This document shows, piece by piece, positions 26,400 to 37,291 of a stretch of 64,000 nt of DNA. Source of the stretch: Chiloscyllium plagiosum (taxonomy: Eukaryota); the NCBI RefSeq assembly GCF_004010195.1, contig NC_057751.1, forward strand, positions 19,368,535 to 19,432,534, in the 5' to 3' direction. Numbering within the stretch: the first letter of the stretch is position 1; each line of letters begins with the position of its first letter. The translations under genes and the position numbers were made by a program. The notes beneath the pieces are model-generated. The model saw nothing but the letters and a program-made list of their open reading frames with translations, was not told where the DNA came from and did no database searches.

Positions 26400-27140
26400 T
26401 ACCCAAGTTACCAACTATATAAATTAATTTTTCATTTAGCAGTTTGTTAGTTCCATCAGACAATGCACATGCATTGCGTATGATCCTTAAATTGTGTTGG
26501 TCTCTTAATGCTGTTGTCATTGACTGCTCATCTGGATTATGTTGTTTCACGAGGGAGGAGTTGTTGCTATGGTAGCTGTTGTTCCGTTCCTGTTGCTGGG
26601 TTCCTCTGGACCTCTGGTTCTGATTGTTGATATGTGTTTGGTGTAGGTAATCATTCACTTGTCCCTGTTCAGCCACCTGCAGTTCAGGAATAACTTTGGC
26701 TGTTCGGCATATGTACCTACGGTTGCAACTGTATTTCTGGAGAATAACCTCCACCATGTACAATTGAGTTAACAATTGCTTCCTCAGGTCCCAAGTTGCC
26801 ACTTGAGTTGACTATTGTTGAGAGTGTTGAATGCTTATACCCTATTTGGCTCTCCAATACTCAACTCTGAAAATGGTTTAGCAGTCTTGTTGAAATGAAA
26901 TTTTGCTTTCTGCTGTTTCTCTTTGATTTTGTCACTCACACCTGTTACTACTCTGGCTTCAGTAGATTTTTTTTGCTATTGGAAGAGTAGTTTGTGTGTG
27001 GCATGACATTGGTCTTTGTACTGGACTACTTTCCATGCCTTCAATCGGTGTATTTCTCTAGTCGAGGATTGCCTTGGATACATCTATGTGGGATTTGCTT
27101 GATTTTCTTTGGTGATTTTAACTACTGCCTCTGCCTTTTC
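26400..27140 (-). mobile_element. Old Gypsy integrase C-terminal remnant
   Basis: On -: KAEAVVKITK...ILD*RNTPIEGMESSPVQRPMS, resembling the Gypsy integrase RNTP...SPAQRLM motif. Confidence 0.7.
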
Positions 27141-27681
27141 AGTGTGTGATTAGCTAGAATGTGTAATCACTGGGAGTTCAGCTAAGTGTGTGAGTTTAGG
27201 CAAGTGAGGGAGGGAGGCATTGCTGTATCTGGTTCCAGCCATTTTTGCAAGGCGCTGCTTTGTGGACAAGTGCTGTTGGTTAGATCTTCGAGCGGGCCTA
27301 TGTGAATACCAGGCTTTGTTGCGGGCGAGCAACCACAAGATAAGTGTAAGATCCTTTTCTTCCCTTAAGTCCACTAGTTATTAAAGGGACAGAGGTGGCA
27401 GTCAATGGAGTTGTATGATCCTTCTGTCAGATGTAGGAGATCAGGGAGCAGTCGACTTTCCCTGGTGATTGTGTCTGCAGCACCTCTCAGACCACATGGA
27501 CCAGTTGGAGTGACAGTTGTATGTGCTGAGGATTATACAGGAGGCAGAGAGTGTGATAGACAGTAGCTTCAAGGAGGTGGTCACACCACAGGGGCAGTCA
27601 GGTAGATGGATGACTGCCAGAAGAGGTAGGCAGGTAGTGCAGGAGTCTCCTGTGACTATCCCCCTCTCAAACAAGTACATG

Positions 27682-28692
27682 TATACCATCCACATGCCTT
27701 TTAAATGTTGTAATTGTACCAGCCTCCATCACATCCCCAGGCAATTCATTCCATGCACACACCACCCTCTGCATGAAAAAGTTACCCGTTAGGTCCCTTT
27801 TATATCGTTCCCCTCTCACCTTAAACCTATGCCCTCTAGTTCTGGACTCCCCCACCCCAGGGAAAAGACCTTGGCTATTCACTCTATCCATGTCCCTCAT
27901 GATTTTGTAAACCTCAATAAAGTTACCTGTCAGCCTCCACACTAGGAAAAAAAAGCCCCAGCCTATTCAGCCTCTCTCAATAACTCAAACCATCTAATCC
28001 CAGCAACATCTTTGTAAATCTTTTCTGAACCCTTTCCAGTTTAACAACATATTTTGTATAGCAGGGAGGCAGAATTGAACACAGTATTCTAAAAGTGGTC
28101 TTATTAATGTCCAGTACAGCTGCAACTTGACATCCCAACTCCTATACTCAGTGTGCTGACCAATGAAGGCAAGCATATCAAATGCCTTCTTCACCACCCT
28201 GTCTATCTGTGACTCCACTTTCAAAGAACTATGTTCCTGCACCCCTAGGACTTTTTGTTTGGCAACACTTTCTAGGGCCCTACCACTAACTGTATAAACT
28301 CTGCCCTGGTTTGCCTTACCAAAATGTAACACCTCAAATTTTCTAAATTAAATTCCATCTGCCACTCCTTGGCCTATTGGCCCATCTGATCAAGGTCCCA
28401 TTGTACTCTGAGATAACCTTCTTCACTGTCCACTACACCAACAATTTTAGTGCCATCTTCTAACTTACTAACCTCCTATATTCATATCCAAATCATTTAG
28501 GTAAATGACGAAAAGCAGTGGACCCAGCACCTATCCACTGGTCACAGGCCTCCAGTCCAAAAAACAACTCTCTACCACCACACTTTGTATCCAGGTGGCT
28601 AGCTCCCCCTGGATTCCATATGATCTAACCTTGCTAACCAGTCTACGATGCGGAACGTTGTAGAATGCCTTGCTGAACCCCATACAGACAAC
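27682..28692 (-). mobile_element. CR1 ORF2 RT to 3' fragment
   Basis: FSKAFYNVPH, LHFGKANQGR, RPLLEYCVQF and WNELPG. Confidence 0.9.
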
Positions 28693-28870
28693 TAGTTGAA
28701 AGTGAGTACAGCAGATGCTGGAGATCAGAATCAAGATTAGAGTGGTGCTAGAAAAGCACAGCAGGTCAGGCAACATCTGAGGAGCAGGAAAATTGACGTT
28801 TCGGGCAAAAGCCCTTCATCAGGAATGATTCCTGACTGACTTGCTGTGCTTTTCCAGCACCCTCTTGACT
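28693..28870 (-). mobile_element. Penelope-derived fold-back insertion with hammerhead core and 13-bp TSD
   Basis: TSD ccata(c/t)agacaac at 28680-28692 and 28871-28883, plus a partial inverted second arm. Confidence 0.85.
28795..28822 (-). ncRNA. Minimal hammerhead ribozyme core
   Basis: On -: CUGAUGA-A-GGGC-UUUU-GCCC-GAAA-CGUC. Confidence 0.7.
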
Positions 28871-28953
28871 CCATATAGACAACAACTACTGCTGCTGCTT
28901 CCCTGATGCTAGAGTGGTTGCAGTACATTGTCAAAGGGGTGCTTTTGCAGCCA

Positions 28954-29683
28954 TAAGAGGTACAGTTAGTAAGTTTGCAGATGACACCAAAATTGGAGGT
29001 GTAGTGGACAGCGAAGAGGGTTACGTCAGATTACAACAGAATCTTGACCAGATGGGCCAATGGGCTGAGAAGTGGCAGATGGAGTTTAATTCAGATAAAT
29101 GCGAAGTGCTGCATTTTGGGAAAGCAAATCTTAGCAGGACTTATACACTTAATGGTAAGGTCCCAGGGAGTGTTGCTGAACAAAGAGACCTTGGAGTGCA
29201 GGTTCATAGCTCCTTGAAAGTGGAGTCGCAGGTAGATAGGATAGTGAAGAAGGCGTTTGGTATGTTTGCCTTTATTGGTCAGAGTATTGATTACAGGAGT
29301 TGGGAGGTCATGTTGCGGCTGTACAGGANNNNNNNNNNNNNNNNNNNNNNNNNNNNNNNNNNNNNNNNNNNNNNNNNNNNNNNNNNNNNNNNNNNNNNNN
29401 NNNGGTGAGAGGGGAAAGATATAAAAGAGACCTAAGGGGCAACTTTTTCATGCAGAGGGTGGAACGTGTATGGAATGAGCTGTCAGAGGATGTGGTGGAG
29501 GCTGGTACAATTGCAACATTTAAGAGGCATTTGGATGGGTATATGAATAGGAAGGGTTTGGAGGGATATGGGCCGCGTGCTGGCAGGTGGGACTAGATTG
29601 GGTTGGGATATCTGGTCGGCATGGACGGGTTGGACCAAAGGGTCTGTTTCCATGCTGTACATCTCTATGACTCTATGACTCTA
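28954..29683 (+). mobile_element. Young CR1 3' portion containing an assembly gap
   Basis: Open frame SKFADDTKIGG...MLRLYR, then Ns, then WNELS and the ctatgactctatgactcta tail. Confidence 0.92.
29329..29403. other. Assembly gap (75 N)
   Basis: Run of N. Confidence 0.99.
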
Positions 29684-30027
29684 AGTCATCATACACATTG
29701 GTACTAATGACATAGATGGAAAAGGGGGTGAGGTCCTGCAGAGTGAATATTGGGAGTTAGGCAGGAGGTTAAAAAGCAGGACCTCAAGGGTAATAATCTC
29801 TGATTACTCTGGTGCCACGTGCTAGTGAGAGCAGGAATAAGAGATAAAGGCAGATTAATGCATGGCTGAGGAGCTGGTGCCAGGGGGCAGGGATTCAGAT
29901 TTTTGGATCATGGGGATCTCTTCTGGGCCAAGTGACTTGTAAACGATGGATGGGTTGCACCTGAAAGGGGCCAATTTCCTGGTAGAGAGATTTGCTAGAG
30001 CTACCCAGGAGGGTTTAAACTAGTTTG

Positions 30028-30645
30028 AAACATAGAAAATAGGTGCACGTGTCGACCATTTGGCCCTTCGAGCCTGCACCACCATTCAATATGATTATGG
30101 CTGATCATGCAATCTCCGTATCCCATTCCCACTTTCTCTCCGTACCCCTCGACTTCTTTAGCTGCAAGGGCCATGGCCAGCTCCCTCTTGAATGTATCTA
30201 ACGGACTGGCCCCAACAGCTTCCTGTGGGAGAGACTTCCACAGGTTCACAACTCTCTGAGTGAAGAGATTCCTGCTTATCTCAGTTCTGAATGGCTTAGA
30301 CCTTATTCTTAGACAATGACTCCCTAGTTCTGAACTTCCCCAACATGGGGAACATTCTTCCCACATCTAACCTGTATAGTCCTGTCAGGATTTTATGTTT
30401 CTATGAGATGCCCTCATTCTTCTAAATTCCAGTGAGTACAAGCCCAGTCAATCCAGTCTTTCCTCATATGTCAATCCTGCCATCCCAGGGATCAGTCTGG
30501 TGAACCTTTGCTCGACTCCCTCAATAGCAAGAATCTCCTTCCTCAGACTAGATCAAAACTGCACACAATACTCAAGGTGTGGTTTCACCAAGACATCCTT
30601 ACTCTGATACAAATCCTCTTGCTATGAGGCCAGCATGCCATTAGC
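30028..30645 (-). mobile_element. CR1 3' fragment (second family)
   Basis: RNLFTQRVVNLWKSLPQ. Confidence 0.85.
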
Positions 30646-30739
30646 TTTCCTGATGAAGGGTCCTGTCCGAAACATTGACTCTCTTGCTGTTCTGATGCTG
30701 CTGACCTGCTGTGCTTTTTCCAGCTCCACATTTTATCGA

Positions 30740-31240
30740 CCTGATTTGTTCTGGCACAAATCTGCTCCAACTGCTGATTCATAACCTCAGCATTTCAGCA
30801 CAGGTCAACTGCTCTCCTGAGTGTAAGTTTGTTTGCTCTCTGTAGGTGTGCTTTCACTTTTGGATCACGTATCTTGAATGTAATCCTGTCTCTGATCAGC
30901 TCATCCTTTAATTGTGTAAATTCAGATTTCTATGGACTGAGTTAATGACTTTATGTATTGGCCAATGGACAATTTTCTGCTTTGTTCCTGGTATTGAATA
31001 TATTCATGCATAGGATTCACTTGGGGCTCAGAACATGCTTTCAAAGCTTTTAAGCTTCCTGCCATCTGTTTTGTTCTGCTGTTCAGAGAGATTTAGGATG
31101 GAACATATTTTGAACAGTCTCTGTCCAACATGATAGAAGTGCAACAACCTGTACTTGTTCTGGTTTGCTCTACAAATCCATTGTTATTGTGAAATTCTAC
31201 CATTGTTCATGAAAGAATGTAGTAGCATTGTAAATTTGAA
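30740..31240 (-). mobile_element. Old Gypsy gag remnant, probably the same element as 26400-27140
   Basis: On -: LKDELIRDRITFKIRDPKVKAHLQRANKLTLRRAVDLC. Confidence 0.7.
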
Positions 31241-31429
31241 GACTTTTTCTTTATTTCTTTACTATTCTTCCTTTATATTCTATGTTTTGTTTTATGTTTT
31301 CTGTGTTTTAAGATGGCACTGGAGAGTGGCAACACCAGACAACATTTTTCACTGTATTTTGTAAAAAAAATACATGTGACAATAAATAAATCAAATCAAA
31401 TGCTGTAGTAGGCTGAGCAGGGAGGATGT

Positions 31430-31740
31430 GGCATGGTGGCTCAGTGGTTAGCACTGCTTTCTCACAGTGCCAGGGACCTAGGTTCAATTCCACCCTCAGG
31501 TGACTGTCTGTATGTGTGGAGTTTGCACATTCTCTCTGTGTCTGTGTGGGTTTCCCCCAGGTGCTCTGGTTTCCTCCCACAGTCCAAAGATGTGTAGGTT
31601 AGGCGGGTTGGCCATGTTAAATTGCCTATAGTGTGCAGGCTAGGTGGGTTAGCAATGGGAAACGCAGGGATCAGGTGGATGCTTTTTTGAGGGTCTATGT
31701 GGGCTGAATGGCCTGCTTCCACACTGTAGGGATTCTATGA
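31430..31740 (+). mobile_element. V-SINE (HE1-like)
   Basis: A/B boxes, V-domain and tail. Confidence 0.88.
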
Positions 31741-31936
31741 TTGTACATATGATGTCTTAAGAAACTAGTTTGTCATGAGCAAGTGGACTTTGTATATGGC
31801 ACTATCCAACTGTAATGCCTTGAGGTATTCTGATCCAATACACAATTTGACATCTGTATTTTGAACACTCTTCTGTGCCAAAGGTTTGACAATATATTTT
31901 TTAACATTTCCTTCCATGGGTTTTTCAGAATTATAA

Positions 31937-32119
31937 GGAGAAAGTGAGGACTGCAGATCAGAGTCAAAATGTATGGTGCTGGAAAATGCGCAGCAAGTCA
32001 GGCAGCATCTGAGGAGCAAGAGAGTCGACATTTTGAGCATAAGCTTCCTGATGAAGAGCTTATGTTTGAAATGACAACTCTCCTGCTCCTCGGATGCTGC
32101 CTGACCAGCTGTGCTTTTT
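31937..32119. mobile_element. Penelope-derived hairpin insertion with 10-bp TSD
   Basis: Inverted arms around a central ctgatgaagagcttatgtttgaaa. TSD agaattataa at 31927-31936 and 32120-32129. Confidence 0.8.
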
Positions 32120-32788
32120 AGAATTATAACCAAACTTCATTGGTAAATTATTGCATCTATACCAGTTAACCTATTGGTACAGTTCCAGTACAATGGAACA
32201 GTGCAGCTAAGGAATAGTCTTAATAAGAGACCAAAGTACTATAAAGTTGCAAATTTGCAAAACATTATGAACAATATTTTGACTATATTCCATCCAACAT
32301 TTGCTTACCCACAGTTTTCAGAGAAAAAAGAACATTTGTAGAAAATATCTTTTAAAAAATTAAGAAATGTCTAAATGAATGGAAACAAAAACTAAGCTAT
32401 GGAAGGTGTCTGTGACATATGTCCTGGACTAAAAAGTTCATACTTTAGATTTAGGGTTTAAGGAATATGCAGATGAGTGTCTCTAAGATATGCTGTGAAA
32501 TAACAGTGACACCAGAGTCAGGTCAGAAAGACGATGCTAGAAGTTTGGAACTGGGGTATCTTAGGATAGAGTTGTCTACTGCAAAAACCTTTTGTATATT
32601 GTGTAAGCAAGTACTGTTTAAAGAAATCCCTTGAAGTCTGACGTGAACTTATCTGTACAGACAAACCCAAGCCAAAACATGGTGGCACCCATCGAAACAT
32701 CAAACTAAAGTGGATGGTATTTCCCTTCAAAGAATCAAGACAAAATAGACCTGATGAAACTTCCAAAATACTTTACATGAAGACATAC

Positions 32789-32868
32789 CTTAAGTACAGT
32801 ATTCTTCAATGTGGCAGCCATGTCTTCAGCAGCCAAGCAGCCACTGTCCCTTCTGTGGCCCTTTGCTA
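32789..32868 (-). other. Candidate 80-nt exon containing a Kozak ATG (MAATLKNTVLK)
   Basis: Pyrimidine-rich acceptor ...ggtcctttgacag|, strong donor AAG|GTATGT, and gacATGG at 32821. No homology recognised. Confidence 0.3.
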
Positions 32869-33704
32869 CTGTCAAAGGACCAATGTAGATAATGCAGAGA
32901 GAGATGGGAATTGTGGAAGGCACACTTTCACAGGTATATAACAGCCTCAGGTCTCCATTCAAAGTAACATCAGCTCCAGGTCAGTGCTTTCTTATACGTA
33001 ATACATCCCATGGTAGACAATGTCCTTCTGAGACAAGGTGTTCACAAGATCTCTGTAAGGTTTCAGTTGATTCTAACAATATTAGATGCCTTGAACAATT
33101 AACTTGCAGTCCGAAAAGCCAGGGAGTCAGCAAACTCTTTTATTAGTCATTTATTTAGATTGTGGTTATGATATATTGAGGGATGAGCTTATTTGAGCTA
33201 GAATAGTGGTCAGTGTCTCAACAACAAACTGTCTGATGTTTTGTAGTTCAAAGAAGATTTAATGTTAGAGCAGGCAGTTCAACACATGAGGCAAACTTCA
33301 CGAAGACTGTGATACCAGGATGTGTTTAGGATAACTCCAAGGCTCAGTCCCAATCCATTAGCGGGCTAGGCCCAAAGATATCCACCCTGCCCACCAAAAC
33401 GATTGTCAGAGCCAGCAAAAAGCTGGCAAACATCATTTTGAAATGCTTGGAGTGGCCTCTTGTACTGCAATACAACAACAAGATTGCTCAGCAGGGAGTG
33501 TTAACAGTTCTTACCAAGACAAAATTGGATCCTTTCAATAATTTTGTTTTTCTAAGTCACTTTATAAAGGAAAACAATGCAACTCAGTTCCTGAATGACA
33601 TTGAGTTCAAGGAATAGAACAAGAAGTCAACAATTCCTATCCTGTGAGCTGTGAAGCCTTTTCTTCAAATTCTTACACAATTGATATCTTAAGACTTTCT
33701 CGAT

Positions 33705-33835
33705 TTGGAGATACCGGTGTTGGACTGGGGTGTACAAAGTTAAAAATCACACAACACCAGGTTATAGTCCCAACAGGTTTAATTGGAAGCACTAGCTTTT
33801 GGAGCGCCGCTCCTTAATCAGGTGGTTGTGGAGTA
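33705..33835 (-). mobile_element. Second Penelope pLTR family fragment with degenerate hammerhead
   Basis: On -: cacCTGATTAaggagcggcgctccAAAAgctagtg...acctgttgggactataacctggtgttgtgtg. Helix I (cac/gtg) and helix II are intact; two core positions are mutated. Confidence 0.7.
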
Positions 33836-34759
33836 CAAGATCATAATACACATATATCAAGCCTCCTTTAACAGCACTTTCCAGACCAAATTTCTACCAA
33901 TTAGAAGTGCAGCAGGTGCATGTAAACATCACCAACTGCAAGTTCTCCTCTCACCATCCTGATTTGGAAATATGTGGGCTATTCTTTCACTGTCACTGGG
34001 TCATAAATCTGGAACTTGCTTTCTCAACAACACAATGGGGGTACATACAACACACATTGCAGTGGTTCAAAAAGGCAGCTCTCCAGCACTTTTTCAAGGA
34101 CAATTCGAGATAAGCAATGAATACTGGGATTGTCAGTAAAACCCAAATCCTGTGAAAGAATTTTTAAAAATGATTCTGACCAAGTATCAGACTGCCAAGT
34201 AAGTGCACAATTTGATAGGTTTGTGTTGTCAGGCCTATGAGGGATCAGACTATTCAACCTTGGAGTTGCCTTACCTATAACATGAGAAGAATCCATCCTC
34301 TCAGTTCGGACCAGATTTGAATCCTGGTATGCGTACTGATTGAGCAGATGTCAATAAAAACCTGTGCAGAAGTGCACTTGCTACAAGGGAGGGTGATTGA
34401 ATAGTGATCAGGCATGTTATTTATCATTTCCTTGGCCTTTTCATGTCTCAATCATAGCATCCCCATTGGTTGAGCATCAATTAATTCACTACAGAACAAG
34501 AACCGAATCTGAGAAATTACCTTTAAAAGTCAATGGGGTAACCCCTATTCTGTTGTTTAAATTGGAAAACTAATACATTATGCGTAGGAGTGTATATTGA
34601 TATAGCAGTCTGACAAAAAAAACATCAAGCTTCACTGGCTTAAAGACTATCAATTCTCCAATGAGTCACAGGTTTATTTCGGATTTTATTTTTGTTCGTC
34701 AGAAAATGCTATTTTTTATTTCATTTTTCAACCTTGTCGATAGTTTTCTTAAAATAAAT

Positions 34760-35160
34760 ACCGAAGCGTTGCCACAGGCGTGGATTTAATTCAAGAACAA
34801 TAAAGATCGCATATCAAAGTTTAATAGGTCATTCAAACAAATTTGCACTTGCAAAAACGGATAATGTCCGGGAGTCCTTTCATTCGTTTAGTGTTGCGGT
34901 GTGCCGCTTGGTGCACTCACTGGCTTTTGTGCACCGCAATATTGCGCAGATTCATATTTTCCACCTTTCGTCAGCGGTTACTTTTCTGGGAAGTCCCGGA
35001 AGTATTCACAACTTTACAGTAAATCAGCATCAACTTTCTGAGAAATGACCCGTCAATTGCACAGAAGATCCCACCCACGGTTTCTCCTGATTGGCCCAGT
35101 GGCATTCCTTTGTCTGTCAGTCATACGCAGTTCATCTTGTCAGTAGAGCACCGGCAGTTG
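34760..35160 (-). promoter_or_regulatory. CpG-rich promoter/enhancer with STAT (GAS), ETS, C/EBP-like and CCAAT motifs; possible non-coding first exon ending at 34921
   Basis: TTCTGGGAA 34984-34992, TTCTGAGAA 35036-35044, CCGGAAGT 34996-35003, ATTGCGCA 34941-34948, GATTGG (CCAAT on -) 35089-35094. A - strand donor CCA|GTGAGT lies at 34921/34920. Confidence 0.5.
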
Positions 35161-35974
35161 CAGAAACAACCTGTTATCTTAAAGTGTTGGCACTTAACTA
35201 ATACCTCATTCCATATTTGGGTCTGGAACATCTCAGGAGTCACAGAATTTGTAAAGAACTCTGAATGTGATTATAATAACTATTGCTCAGTGGGATGGCA
35301 CTCTTTGCTGAAAGTCAGGACTTTGTGGATTAAATTCCCACTCTGGAGCCTCAAGGACGTCATCCAATTACCCACTCCTAGTGCAAGCTATTTTCTAGTC
35401 ATCCTGTACAGAAATGTTATTACAAACTTTTGGAGCAGGTGGGACTTGAACCCTCTCAGGTGAATGTAAAAAAATCCTATGGCCAATATTTATCCTTCAA
35501 CAACCATATATTTTAAAACAAATCATTATTTCTTTGCTATTTGCGCAAGCTTGCTGGGTACAAGTTGGCTACCATATTTCCTACTTTACAATAGTAACAG
35601 CACTTCAAAATTTGGCAGTAAAACAGTATGGAATGTCCTGAGGTCATGAAAGACTCCTAAACATGCAATACTTCAAGTAAGAAAAATACGGATTCAAATT
35701 CAAATTTGAACAAAATACAAATCAAAAAGATGTCTTGCATTACACTTCTTTGCCAGAATTATATGTGGGGGTTGACCTGATATTTTAGCGCAGAACTGCA
35801 CTGTGTGTTATAATGCGTGGCAGGAATTAATGGTAATTTGGTCTCAATGCACCTCGGCTACCTGCTGTAAAATGTATGTCAGATCAGCAGAGTATTAGGT
35901 ACAGTTGCAATAAGCTCCCTACCCCCATTCCAAATTAATCAAGGATTCTGTACAGCAATTTAACCACATTGTAA

Positions 35975-36270
35975 GTTTAAGAGTAAGAATAGGGGGTCAC
36001 ACATTTAAGACAGAGATGAGGAATTTCTTCTCTGATAGGGTAATAAATCTGTGGAATTTGTTAACACAGAGGGCTCTAGAGGCTGTGTCATTAGGTATAC
36101 TTAAGGTTACGATAGACAGATTTTTAATCAGTAAGGGAATCTAGGGGTGTAGGAAAAGGTAAGCAAGTGGTGTTGAGGATGATCAGATCAGCCATGATCC
36201 AATTGAATGGCAAAGCAGACTCGATGGGCTGAATGGCCTACTTCTGCTCCTACGTCTTCTGATCTTAATA
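35975..36270 (+). mobile_element. CR1 3' end
   Basis: gagatgaggaatttcttc...gggctgaatggcctacttctgctcct tail. Confidence 0.75.
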
Positions 36271-37081
36271 AGAGGTAAGTACTATCACTTTATAAATAGA
36301 TTCGTTGATCTGCTTATCATTGTGATATTTCCTCAAGAATAAAGGTTTTTCAGACATTCCAATCAGTCACTTTCTCATGATTACATGGGAGGCAAGATCA
36401 AAGTACCAGTTAAAACCAAAGAGTGAATTTACTTTTGAGGAATGCTAGTGTGCTGTACAAGTGACAAAATTGGAATTGGATGCTAAATTCGTCACTTCCA
36501 ATGCCTTGTACACTGTAAAAAAAATTCATAATATGAAATAGGCTTGTTGGCATCTGTTAATTGAACATTTTTTTATATTTTGTGAAAAGGACAGCTCTGT
36601 CTCCCTGCTCCCCTCCTTCCTCCCTGGCTCAAATTTTCTCTCTCCTTTCTTAAAATCTCACTGAGTGACAGTTGTAAAGATGTCAAGTGACTTTGAGTAT
36701 CTCACCCAAGAGACCATTCTCAGTGTGTGCAGCTGGGCAGTAGATATTGGCAAGTGATTCCATGGTGAGATATATCACAGTCAAGCCGAATTCTAATCCC
36801 CTCCAGTCTACACACAAAAAGGAATTTCCAGTTTGGCTTGATTTCTCTCTCTGTAACCTGGCAACACAGGATAATTGTAAAAAGAAAAGAACAAACTTAC
36901 ATTCACCTGAGGACATCCTGAAGTGTGATATTGCTCAATCTTGTATGGCTGTATGCCACTTGTCCCTATCAGAAGTTGGATATGCTTTATAGCTAATGAA
37001 GTACCTTTGAATTGTGCCCATTGCTGTAATATAGGTAAGCACCCCTAAGATCACCTAAATCAGCACATATTGGCCACTATA

Positions 37082-37291
37082 CAGTCGGTTCTGATATAAT
37101 GCAATAGTGCCATTCCAGTGTGATCACGCGTTATAAGAAAATCACGCAAGTTCCACACCATTTAAAGAAATAGGACTGAAATCGCATTATACCCAATACA
37201 GGTAAGGAAAATTCGCATTCTACAAATAACGGTTTAAATTCTTCAATTGCATTAAAGCCCATTTGAAATGAAGAAACAGTGGAACCAACTG
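37082..37291. mobile_element. Tc1/mariner-type MITE
   Basis: TIRs CAGTCGGTTC / GAACCAACTG flanked by TA on both sides (37080-81 and 37292-93). A second copy lies at 61995-62191. Confidence 0.85.

Larger units (their letters stand above)
27200..30025 (+). mobile_element. CR1 5' UTR/ORF1 split by younger insertions
   Basis: ORF1 pieces at ~27400-27680 (IDSSFKEVVTPQ...VVQESPVTIPLSNKY), ~28885-28953 and ~29684-30025 (VIIHIGTNDI). Confidence 0.75.

Noticed and set aside
32805..32892. HCPFCG on + as a zinc-finger or GVIN-like remnant
   Set aside because: Short frame closed by a stop, with no other supporting motifs.
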